From the human T2T-CHM13v2.0 reference genome, Homo sapiens: a stretch of 64,000 bases of DNA. The stretch's first letter is position 1, and each line of letters begins with the position of its first letter. A program made the position numbers and the translations under genes. Shown one piece after another: positions 16,684 to 30,755 of this stretch. Below the pieces are notes generated by a model. It did not search any database. It was not told where the DNA came from and was given only the letters and a program-made list of their open reading frames with translations. Location: assembly GCF_009914755.1 (NCBI RefSeq), contig NC_060933.1. One strand, 5' to 3'.

Positions 16684-16989
16684 TAAAGTGTGTGTATATG
16701 AGATATGACCAAGACTGATTTATAGTATGGTGGGCTTGGGTTTTACTTGAAGAAGTAAGGGTGAAATGTATGATGAGGGAGGAAATTATATACATAAGCA
16801 ATTGGTTGATGGTCTCTCTACCAATATTTTACTCCGAAGTTCTGCAATAAAAGGCTTAGCCACATAGTGCATGCAGAGCTCTGACTTCTAGGGCAAAACA
16901 TAAGCATGTACACTGCAAGTTATCAAGGTCTATTTTGTTTATGCGAATGTCAAATTTCAGGGTGGTCTAAGTGGATGATGAAAACCTTT

Positions 16990-17340
16990 TCGCATCAGGT
17001 TTGCCAGGAATAGAATCAACCCCATTCTCAGACATCCAGAGCATTTGCTTCTGAATAAAAATCACTTTTATTTTCAGTTTTAGCTTTGCCAAACTCTTAA
17101 TAAATATTTTAGTTGCTAAAAATTGGAAATACAGAAAGACGTACACAATTTGCCTGTGTAACAAACCCGGAAGACAATGGATTTTAAATAACTTTGAGGC
17201 TGGAGTCATGATTTGGCTTGGCAAGAGACTGCAAAAGTTTTTTTCAGAGCCTTTGGAATGTACCGGAAATAACACCACCTCAGGGGAAAGGAAAGCAACT
17301 TAAGAAACTGACAAACACCTGTTGCAGTAGCAAGAATGTC
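16990..17340 (+). promoter_or_regulatory. Intron 1 candidate synaptic/muscle enhancer
   Basis: TCAGGTTT (MEF3-like) at 16995; N-box CCGGAA at 17167 and 17263; TGGAATGT (TEAD/MCAT) at 17254; E-box CACCTG at 17316. Confidence 0.55.
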
Positions 17341-18570
17341 CAGTGATATAGTTTCTGGCCAGTGTATTATGAAACTGGGACTAGCGTATTTGAAATCAGA
17401 AAGACTGGAAAGTCTGTGATTTGCAAAGTGACTAAGGGTATCATTGAAATCTTTTTTTAAAAAGACATGAGAAAGCAGATCGAGTGGTATCAATACAAGA
17501 GTTTTCAAATTTAATGTTATACCATAGAGTAAAAAGAGATTTTTGCTTCAGGACATGTTCAAATTAATCATTTTCCCTTTATATTAATCAAAGCACTGAA
17601 ACAGTTTGTATTGTGTAGATAAATGAAGGTGGTATCTGTATATAGATGCAAAATGTATCTTTAGATTTTCTGGTTCACTAAAAATTCTGGAGCCATAAGG
17701 TCAAAGTTCACATGCAAATAAGATGCGGGTTTCTTCACAATCTGATTTCACAGATTTTTTTGTTTCATTTTGTTGCTTCTCTTTTTCCATTTTACTTGAG
17801 TATAATGGTATCTTCAAATGTATTTAAACATTTAATTTCTAATGAATACTTTAAGGCATCTACAGATAAAAGAGACTCTAGATCTTTTCAAACAGCTAAT
17901 AATAGTCAGAAAGACTTAACATTGGCTTCAGATTATTTTAATACTTCCTGATCAAACAACGGATGTCCGGTAAGGCCCCACCTGGATGTTTGAACGTATG
18001 GGTTGTCTTAAGTATTATTTGTATATTTCTAAACCACGCAGTTACATAAAAATGATAGGGTTAAATACTAAAATACAGTCTTATAAAGAGCAGGACAATT
18101 GATTTTGATGATTCAAATAAGGATTTGTTGTACACACACACAAAACCCCCAAAATCTCTCTATCTGAATAAGTCTTAATTTATATTCTAGAAAGAATTGA
18201 TTTTCATTTCCAAACTTTACAAATAAAGCCCTTAATTCAAATGCACACTATCTCTATTTTGAAAATATTGAAATATAGTGGCATAGAGATAACAAAGCCA
18301 AACACCCTGACTTTTAAATAAACTAACCAGATCATTCACCCAATTTCATTTCTTATAATTTATTTACTACTAGAATTAGGTTTTAAAATCAAAAAATTTA
18401 AGCAATTTTTTCTCAGTCTATTGTACTGTAAAATCTAAATTAGTATGAGTTTAACATCACTCTTAGCCAAAATACCATGTCTAGGAGAACAAACATTTAT
18501 TTACTACATACAGCAGTTCTGAGAATAACTAATATCATGAAAGCATAATCCTTAAAATTTTAAATGTTGA

Positions 18571-18920
<350 letters not shown>

Positions 18921-21900
18921 ATTATACTACTGAAACTAATAAAAATGGCCCACCCAAACTATTTCTACTATTTCTAGAAAACTACTGTTTTCCCTATTCT
19001 TGGCAGACGGTAATAACAAAAAGAGTTTTTTAGATAATATACTTCTTCCTAAGTCCTTTATCATGAATGCATAAAGGAAATTGTACAATATGTATTAGCT
19101 AATAAATTGACATATTTAAAATAACACAAAAGTATTCAGTGGATTATTTTCTGACTTTCTGCACATCATTTTTTGATAAAAATTAATATCCAACTTTGTA
19201 GAATTAATTGTTCATAGTTTTCATTTTAGTTTAATTAAGACTACTAATGCCCAATGATAAGGGGAAGAATCATTGTCTTTCTGAATCATTTCAACTAGGG
19301 ATATTTTCAATGATGAATTCAGTGCCATAACCCAAGTAGTAGAATTTCACAAACTGTCATTTATGAAAGTAGCCAATGTTCCACTGGATAATTGGCTTAA
19401 CTACATACATCAATAACATTTAATGCTTTATTAGGGAGTATTAAATGTATGGTGCAATGTTAGATTCTGCAGGAGCATAAGAGTTCATGTAAGCAGCTCT
19501 GGATTTGCTTAATATGCACAAAGAACTATCAAAAGTCTCACTTTCAAAATACCCGACTTACTACAATACGTTGAAGTGTTTGAGCGTACGTGATTTTATC
19601 TTTAGATAGATTTGAATAACCTCCTCTTTTAAATTGTATGTATATAAGGATAGGATTCACAGATTTGACATATGACTAAGTCATGACTGACACAGCTGTC
19701 ATTGAAATCCAGGACACACAGTCCTGGATGAATATTTTATATTGACATGCATTGAAAGAGTTACTCATTGCATGTTTGAGTAAACAGAGTTGCTTCAAAT
19801 ATTATTGACCTTAAAGAAAAGAAGGAAGGAGCAGAAATTTCAAGATCTCTTTAAACTCTACCTTATTTCCAAAGGTAAATGAAGTAGGCAGCTTCTCAGT
19901 GAAATAAAACCTGATGTCGTTGAAGGAGAGTAACAAGTGAGGGGTGGAAAGAGGGCCTGAAAGGAGTGGCTCTATTCAGGAAGATGAGAGGATCACATGG
20001 GCCATGCTGAAGACCCAGCTGGGGCTAGGAACTGCAGCTTTCTTTATAGTGCCCCTGACCTGAACATTTACTGCACTATACCCAGCAGTGCTATGTGAAC
20101 ATAGGGTAGGGAGGACAGATGGCTGGATTAATTCAGGATTGGCACTTTCCAGGGTCAGTACAGCTAAAGAACTAGAGAGTAAAGGAGTTGGAGTTATATG
20201 GCAGCATACCATGAGATACAGATTGGATCAGGAAGAAAGTAAAACAAGGATATTTAATGCTTGGAAGAGAAGGTTAAAAAGTTTAAACCAACCCCAAAGT
20301 GTTTTGTTGTACTAAAAAAAAAATACTGCATTCATAATGTTAGAGAAACATGAATATTTTCCAAGTCAGAGCCCTAATTTTACTAAAATAGAAAGGAGCA
20401 AATACACCTTGTTTCTTTATGTACCCAATCATTGGGTCATGTCAATCCAAAAATAATCAATCAAAAGTTGGTAAGTCAATAGTCATATGCGAGAGCCCAT
20501 AAAATACAAAGGAAAGGTAATGTCATGTCCTTCTCATCAAGCAGTTGATATCCAAGTCAAGCTTTTCTTCGGGTCCAGAAAAGGATTGTGTTCATTTTCA
20601 TGTATTTGTTATTCATGTAGTCCTTGGATTGAGAGAAGAAATAGTGCCCTAGTTTAAACGAGCTCTGGCTGAGATGAAAGCTGGATAGTAGAATGAAAGT
20701 AAACAAGAGACAGTGTGCTGAGTCAACAAATATCATTAAATACAACTGATCCATGTGATTGTGTCAGTGAAAACCGGAAAGCAGATTTGGATAACTGGAA
20801 ATATGGACAATGTGGACTTGGCATTCTGTGTGTAGAAACTGATATTGATGTACATCTTCTCTTATCCATCTGTGCATAATCAGTATGATCTTGAAGATGC
20901 AGTATGTCTTAGAGAAAGGAAGTATAAACCAACTTTAACCCTGAAGTTCAGCTAGTTCAGCTCTATCACTTCCTATTTTTGTGATATGTAGACAAGTTGT
21001 GCAACCATTTTTAGTCCCCATTTCTGGTCTGCAAGTGGAAATATTAATAGTATCTACCTTTTTTGTGTTAAATAAAAAGATAATGAATAAAAAGTATAAT
21101 GCATGGCACATACCAGATTCTTAATCACTTTTAGATGCTAATATTAGTAAAAACAGTCAAACTTCACACAAGACTGTTATGTCACTGAATCTTATGGGAA
21201 GGTGTTAACTTAATAAAGTTCTTAGTAACACCTTCCATATTTCTCCATGTCTATTTTCCAAGACATTCTAAGACTCACTTCTTTGATCTTAACTGATCTC
21301 AACAGTTCATGTGACACCTCCAGTGTGTCACCTCATTGGAAAGATAACATTAATAGTAAGTCTATTACCTCTGCCACTTCTGCATCTGTGTATTGAGTGA
21401 AAATAACACTAGTGCATAAAGTTTCTCTCTTATAAAAGTAGCACATGGTATTTAAGATTGATTTTGAAAATGCAAAATACATAAAGTTTAAGACAGAAGA
21501 AGTCATCCATACTTCCAGGACTATTAACACATTGGCATATTTTCTTCCATTTTTTTCTACATATTTTTAAAGTCCTTATTAACATTGTGCTGCCTGCTAT
21601 TTTTACTTAGCACTAAAGCATGAGCATATTCTATATTATTAGTAATCTTCCAAACGTCATGTGTGGTGACTAAATAATATTCTGTTTAGATAACAGTGTG
21701 CTAGTATATGTTTAATATTCACCTCACTGAGAAAAAAAAAGACGTGGATTTGTTGCTCTTGTTTATTTCTGCAGTAAAATACTCTATAGTAAAAAACTCT
21801 ATTGGGTCTGTGGCCAGTCTCAAGCTACTATCAAATAATGAGCACTGAGTTGGGAAATAGCATGTGTAGTAGTATCTTTCATATATTATTTCTACCACAC

Positions 21901-22239
21901 AGACACATTACAGATAACCTCAAGAACTTATATAATAATAAAATGTAGTTAAATCATTGGGAATTTCAAGTATTAATACTTTGTTTTTAATATATTTGAT
22001 TATAAATGTATACAACTTAGTTTTTAATAATGATTGTATATAACAATCACCTCTCAAAATTCCTAAAAAATTACCAAGTGGCTCTTGCAAACCTGCGGAA
22101 GACAAAACTTGTGTGCCTCAATCTTCTCCCACTTGACTACGATTAATAGAATTTAGTACAATTGATCTGTTTTCTGCAGTAAAAGTCACCTATATGCCTT
22201 TCTATATGTGAGATTATTTCCTTAGGATAGATTCCCAGA

Positions 22240-22566
22240 GATGATGATGATGATGATGATGATATTATTATTATTTTAGAGATAGAGTCTTGCTCTGTCA
22301 CACAGGCTGGAGTACAGAGGTGCAATCACAGCTCACTGAAACTTTGAACTCCTAGGCTCAGTTGATCCTCCCACCTCAGCTTCTTCCCAAGTAGCTGGGA
22401 TTACAAAGTGTGTGCCACCACGCCGGCTAATTTTTAAATTTTTTGTAGAGATGTGGTTTCTCTGTGCTGCCCAGCCTGGTCTCAAACTCCTAGGCTCAAG
22501 TGATCCTCCCACCTCGGCCTCAAAAGTGCTGGGATTACAGACATGAGCCACCAACCACACCCAGCC
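22240..22566 (-). mobile_element. AluJ-like with (GAT)n(ATT)n tail
   Basis: Antisense Alu consensus. Confidence 0.85.
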
Positions 22567-22841
22567 TGAGATAAAATATTAACGGTATAATACATTTGAA
22601 TGTAATAAAGACAAGGAAAACAATCAAACAGCCTGGGTTTCTTTTTCTAAATTATAGAATCAAGTAACATTTGCACAGTGCTCCATGTGGACCAAGGACA
22701 ATTTTAAATGGTTTCCATTTATTTATTCCTTGTGACAAGTTATGTGGAGGCTATACATTATCTCCGTCTATAGCTGAGACACTGAGGTTAAGTGTGGTTA
22801 AGTGACTTGCAGAGTCGGTAAGTGATGGAGCTGGGATGTGA

Positions 22842-23174
<333 letters not shown>

Positions 23175-23198
23175 GCTACATTGCCTCTTAATGTGTAG

Positions 23199-23525
<327 letters not shown>

Positions 23526-24084
23526 TAAACAGTAAAAGCATTCAACATCATCAATTAACCTTTGGGCTCATTGTTAACCACACTCCACAAGCTTAATAAA
23601 ATATTGTTTTTGTTCTTTATCTCTCAATATCTAGATGATTATACTATTAATTGCTTATTTCATTCATTCGTTGTTTAGAAAATAACTTTTTATTGAGATT
23701 GACTTTCTCAAACTTTATGAATTATAAGTTTGCCTCCATTGCATTTTGAAAATTAACACTTCTTTGGCATTCTATCTGCTACAATTTTTTTCTATTATGA
23801 AAGCAATATGTATTCATTTTTTAAAAAAATCCTGTAAGATACAGAAAAACAAAAATATAAAATTACACATAATGCTCATAGCAAGGGATAAGTGCTCTTA
23901 GCATTTTGCTATTCATTCTTTCAGTCTCTTTCTCTCATATATGTGTGTGTGTATATATAAGTGTATATATGTTGTATATATACACATACACACACATATA
24001 TTATATATTATATATTATATATTATATATTATATATTATATATTATATATTATATATTATATATGTGTGTGTATGTGTATGTAA

Positions 24085-24575
24085 TTTTATTTTGTAAATT
24101 TTAAGTTCTGGGGTACAAGTGCAGGATGTGCAGTTTTGTTACATAGGTAAACGTGTGCCATGGTGGTTTGCTGCACCTGTCACCCATCACCTAAATAACT
24201 GGGCTCAGCATGTATTAGCTATTTCTCATAATGCTCTCCCTCCCCCAATCCCACCTGCTGACAGGCCCCAGTGTGTGTTGTTCCCTTCCCTGTGTCCATG
24301 TGTTCTCATTGTTCAGTTCCCACTTATAAGTGAAAACGTGGTGTTTGCTTTTCTGTTCCTGCATTAGTTTGCTGAAGAGAATGGCTTCCAGCTCTATCCA
24401 TGTCCCTGCAAAGGACATAATCTCATTCCTTTTTATGGCTGTATAGTATTCCATGGTGTATATGTATCACATTTTCTTTATCCAGTCTATCATTGATGGT
24501 CACTTGGGTTGCTTCCATGTCTTTGCTATTGTGAATAGTGCTGCAGTGAACATAGGTGTGCATGTATCTTTACAA
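24085..24575 (-). mobile_element. L1PA 3' fragment preceded by a TA/ATATT microsatellite (~23935-24080)
   Basis: L1 3' UTR; translates MEYYTAIKRNEIMSFAGTW. Confidence 0.85.
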
Positions 24576-25746
24576 ATTTCAGAGGCTGTTATTTCATTGA
24601 GGAAAGAGAAGCATTTAAATAAGAAGCTCTCTCTTCAGCTGCCTACCAGCAAAGGGGAAAAACCTACCTCTCTGCATCCATCTTGTCCTCCTTCTCCCTC
24701 ACTGTGCTTTAAGAGGACTTTCTCTTCCTATCCGTGGTTAACCCGTCTTTCTTCCTCTGAGCCCCACATAAATCTGCTTTCTCAGGGACCTATTTCCCTC
24801 AATTATCTCCTGTCTTTCTCCAATGTCCTACATTTTTGCTTCTACTAGGTGCTTCCAGTCAGCATTTAAACCCACTCTTGTCACCATACTCACCTCCAGC
24901 ACCATGCAGCCCCTTTCTTCCCTTTTATTGTTAAACTCTGCTGCAAAAAGATGTCTTCCCTCTCCTCTTAGTTTCCACTTCCTTATCACAACCTAACCCC
25001 CACCACTGCAATCTGGCTTCCGCCAAATCTGCAAGCACCAAAATCAACATGACCTCCTCATCAGGAAACTCAGTGGGCACTTTTAGGTCCTTATTTAACT
25101 TAACGTCTCGGCAGCATTTGATTCTCCCTCTTTTGTGAAACGTGTGCTACTCTTGGGCTCTGCCAATAGCCTCCACTGGCTTTGCTTACAACTCTGATTT
25201 CTTCCTCTCAGTCTCTTTTCTAAACTCTTCATTCTCCCACCCATCTTTTATAAATGTTTGTGTTTTCTTCTAATTGGCTTAGGGCACCAGCCTCCCTCCG
25301 TCTTCAGGCTTTCACGGGTACCGTTTCCTCTGCCTGGAACACTCTTCTCTCTCCACTGCACCAAGCCAAATTTGAATCATCCTGTGAATGTGTGTGAATG
25401 TATTGTGTAGTTTTTTTTTATTCCTAGTTTTATCAAGTTCAGTGGTTGAGAAACATTATTTATCATGTTAAAGAAATACTATTATATTCCGACTCTACTA
25501 ATGGTTTTCAAGTAGGGAATGGATAGTTAACTCTGTTACTGCCTTTTTGACTGTGATAGGTATCTTTTAAACTATGACTATAGTAAATCCTGTTTAAAGG
25601 ACTTTTCTATTAAATTATCCTTATATTTTTGCAAGGATTTTTTTTCTGCCTAAATGCATAGTAATAATTTTGAAATTTATGATTTAATTTAATTTGCTTT
25701 TTAAAATTTTACTTTAGGGCTTTACATCCTGCTTGACTTACATTAG

Positions 25747-26137
<391 letters not shown>

Positions 26138-28043
26138 CCTTGTAGCTTTTATGTAACTGGAGACTTAATTCTTTCTTAAGAGTTTTTTAAAACTTATCTG
26201 AAAAACCTTTGGGGCATTATATTTTTTTCAGAAGTGTTCTTTGCTAATCTAATCTTTTTCTTCTGTGAGTATTGTTGATGATTTTACCCCACCCTTTACT
26301 ACATGTGAACAATTTTGTTTTTAAAATTCTTAATTCTTTAGATTTTCATCTTTAAATATTCATTACTGTTTAGCTCTGTTGAATTGTGGTCCAAGAATGT
26401 GACATATAATCTGTTTTTAAAATTTATTTAAGCTTTAATTTTCATGGGCATTTGAAAATATGTGTCATCTATCAGGGCTTACAGTTGATGTGCATATCTG
26501 TTTAATTAATTTTACTAATTCTGCTATTCTGTTTTACTACATATATAATTATATTTTTGTCTTTTGATCTATAAACAGGATTGGGATTTTTTGTTGTTTT
26601 TTTGCTATCTTTTTATTGTCTATTTCTTACAGATTTTATTATGGTTAGAAAATATAGACTATATAAAATCAATTCTTTGAGCTGGGTTAAAATCTCCTAT
26701 GTAGCTTGGTATATTTTCTTTATGTTTGAATGTTTCATCTATGCATCATTTACAAAATGTATTCTGTAATTGTTTCATTGTTTTATAAATGTACATTATA
26801 TCTAGTGTTAATTTTGATGTTTATATCTTCTATATCTTTACTGTAGTTCTGTTTGATATATTAGTGTCTGAAGGAGATCTCTTAAAGGGTTACACTATGT
26901 TAAAACATTTCTCCATGTACTCTTGTGATAATTTTACTTTTGGGTTTGAGTCCATATTTTTAAATAATTAAGTTTCATGATTGTCATATCTTTTTAGGGC
27001 TTGTTCCTTTTATCATTAAGCAATGTTTCTTTTTTTCTTATAAATGCATATGCCCCTATATTACATTTTTCTTATATTACTATTGCTATGTCACTTTCTT
27101 TGGGATATCGTTTGCTTTATACATATTTTTCCTCCCCTTTATTTTTAACATTTCTGTTTTATTTTATTTAAGTGTGTCTTTTGTGTTTGATAGCATCTGT
27201 CATTTCATAGGTCAGCTTATACCATTGGCACTTACTGTGATTTCTGGTATATTTGGACTTGTTTCTTCCATATTATTTTATGTCTTCTGTTAACCATGCT
27301 TTTTCTTGGCTTATTTATTCCTCCTCTTCTTCCTGTTTGTTTTTGCTTTTGTTTTTGATTGATAAAGCCTTTCTGGTACCTCTTTTTTTCTCTGTTGTTT
27401 TGGAATTTTTGAATTTTATTTATTTTTTAGTAGTAACCATTAATAAGGTTTTAACATAACCATTTAACCATAGATGCTTCTGTTTGAAGTTATTCAATAT
27501 TTCTGTCCTCTTGTTGTTTATGGCAAAGAGCTTAGCATTTTTTAATTACTTAGCATTTTAAACTTCTTTCCTGAACTTTGATCTTATAGTTGTTTGTCTA
27601 GAATTTAATTCCACTCTTTTTAAACACAAAAATTTGTGATTTTTTAATATTCCATAGTGTGTTAAAATTGCAATGGTATTTCACCACCATTTATGCTATT
27701 GTTTTTTATAACTCACCCCTTTCTTTCTGGTATAAATTATTCCTTAGTGAGTTTATTTACTCTAGTAACTACTTCAGAGAAAGTCTGTGAGTGGTAAACA
27801 CTCTCAATATTTGTTTATAAGTGTTCTGAGTTTAAAATTATTACCTAAGCTAGCTGTATAATTCTAAGCTAACAGTTATTTTTACGCAGTCATGTAAAGG
27901 TATTAGCCTATTGCCTTTTGGTATCAATTGTTGTTGCTGAATAATCTCAGGTTACCCAAAATTGGCATTCCTATTAAGGAATTAAACTTTTTCTTTCTGG
28001 TAGAGTTTAAGATTTTATTTATCTTTAATTTTTACAGTTTTAA

Positions 28044-28383
<340 letters not shown>

Positions 28384-28631
28384 GTATTTCTTTTTTAAAT
28401 CTGTCTTGTCATTTGGTGGGTACTTTCGACCTTAATATTCCAGGGTTTGTTTTTCAGTTTTGAAAAATTATCAGCCATTTATCTCTTTATATATTGCTTC
28501 TAGGCTGCTCCCCTCTTTTATTTTTCTCAAACTCCTATCAGAGGTGTATTAGTGCCTGTCACTGTATACTTTATATCTCCTAACTATTCTTTAATAGTGT
28601 CCATGTCTGTATTTCTTTGTATTATGTTCTG

Positions 28632-29152
28632 TATAATGATCCTTATGATATATATATCATATATATGATATATATAATGATCCTTATAATATATTATATT
28701 ATATATATAATATATATTATATAATATATTATATATTATATTATATATATAATATATATAATATTATATATATTATATAATATATTAATATTATATATAT
28801 TATATAATATTATATATATTATATAATATATTAATATTATATATATTATATAATATTATATATATTATATAATATATATTATATATAATATATATTATAT
28901 TATATATTATATTATATATATAATATATATAATATAATATATAATATAATATATATTATATATAATATATATTATATTATATATTATATTATATATATTA
29001 TATATATAATATAATATATAATATAATATATAATATAATATATATTATATATAATATATATTATATATATTATAAGGATCGTTATAATATATATTATAAA
29101 AATTATTATAATATATATTATAACGATCCTTATAATATATATTATAATGATT
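28632..29152. repeat. AT-rich palindromic low-complexity repeat
   Basis: Almost pure A/T, with GATCCTTA and TAAGGATC anchors in both orientations. Confidence 0.95.
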
Positions 29153-30547
29153 ATTCTGTTGAAAAGCTGGGAAGAAAGTGGCCCTGATGACTGTGTATAA
29201 GATGTCATTTTACATAAAAATTCTGCTTTCTTATTTCAACTACTATGTTTCAACTTTTTTATTTACTCCTTTTGTGAAGGCCTTATAAATACAGTTTTGT
29301 TCATTTAAACAGTACATCAGTCACTGTGCTCACCCTGGGAATTAAATGATGTCTAAAACATGATCCCTGACCTAAAGCTCAAGGTTTTAATAATTGAGTG
29401 TGGGTCAAAGACGTAAACAGATCATTTTAATAGTATCTGTGTGACAAGTGGCATTATAAGAATGACATTTCAGGATAACATAAGGTTAAGGAAAGAGGCA
29501 TTTGGGTCTGCCTAGCATGTCAGGGGAAGTGGAAGGAGATGGATGCTTAAACTGAATCGTAAAAGACAAAATAACATTAGCAAGGGAGATATGGGGCAAG
29601 TAAAACGCTCCCACTCACCATTTTTTTTCACTCTCAGCAGATGAGCTTGCCTTTGACTTTACCAAAAAATAATAATAATAATAAGGTTTATTCAGAAAGT
29701 GGATGTATCTTTTATGGCCAAACAACGTGCCAGTCTGTTCTAGATGCTCTATAAGTCTGTCACTGACTATTTCACTTCTAAATGTCAATCATACTACTTA
29801 TTTGGCTTTGATGTATACCTTGCCCTTTAACTGAAGGGACCATATAATTTACTGTATAAATGCAGGTAGCCCTCATTTCACAGAGGAGTGAGAAAAAAGA
29901 AAGGACGATGTCTATAGCCTTTCCTCCTGTTGTCTTAAAAAAAATAAAATAGAACAAAACAGCTTTGAGATCTAATTCACATACCGTGCGCTTTACCCAT
30001 TAAAGTGTACAATTCACAAAGTGGTGTCTCTTCATTTTCTAGTTGTATGCCCAAGTGAATTCTCTATGAATCTGATGAAGCTTAAGCTTCAGATTCTCTC
30101 ATTTGCAGGAGCCCTTTCTAAGACCCTCAGTGGGCTTTAGCAATGTGCTTTTATGAGTGTCTATTTTTATAAAATTAGGGGAAAATTGTTCTTAAAAAAC
30201 AATTTTTTAAATTATTATCCTTTTCCACCCTGACTTCCCTTCAGACTCACTTCCCTTTATGCTGATGATATTGGGGTGGACACAGAAATTTTGTATTCAT
30301 AATTTTATATTTTTTCTTTAAAAAGTACACTCAAATTGCACAAACTTGGGCCCCGTAAAACTTGGATCTGCCTCTCCTCGTATATCATAAACTCTAAGCC
30401 CTGCTCTCCTGAGAGACTTCTCTTTTGATTTTCAAATGCCTAGTTTGGAAGTAGAAACAACATTCTTTACATAAGCTCTTCCTTTCTTTTGGCAAATTTC
30501 TACTCTGGGGAAACAGAATTCTCATTCAGGTATGTAATGGCTTCTGA

Positions 30548-30742
<195 letters not shown>

Positions 30743-30755
30743 TAAGTATTCCACA

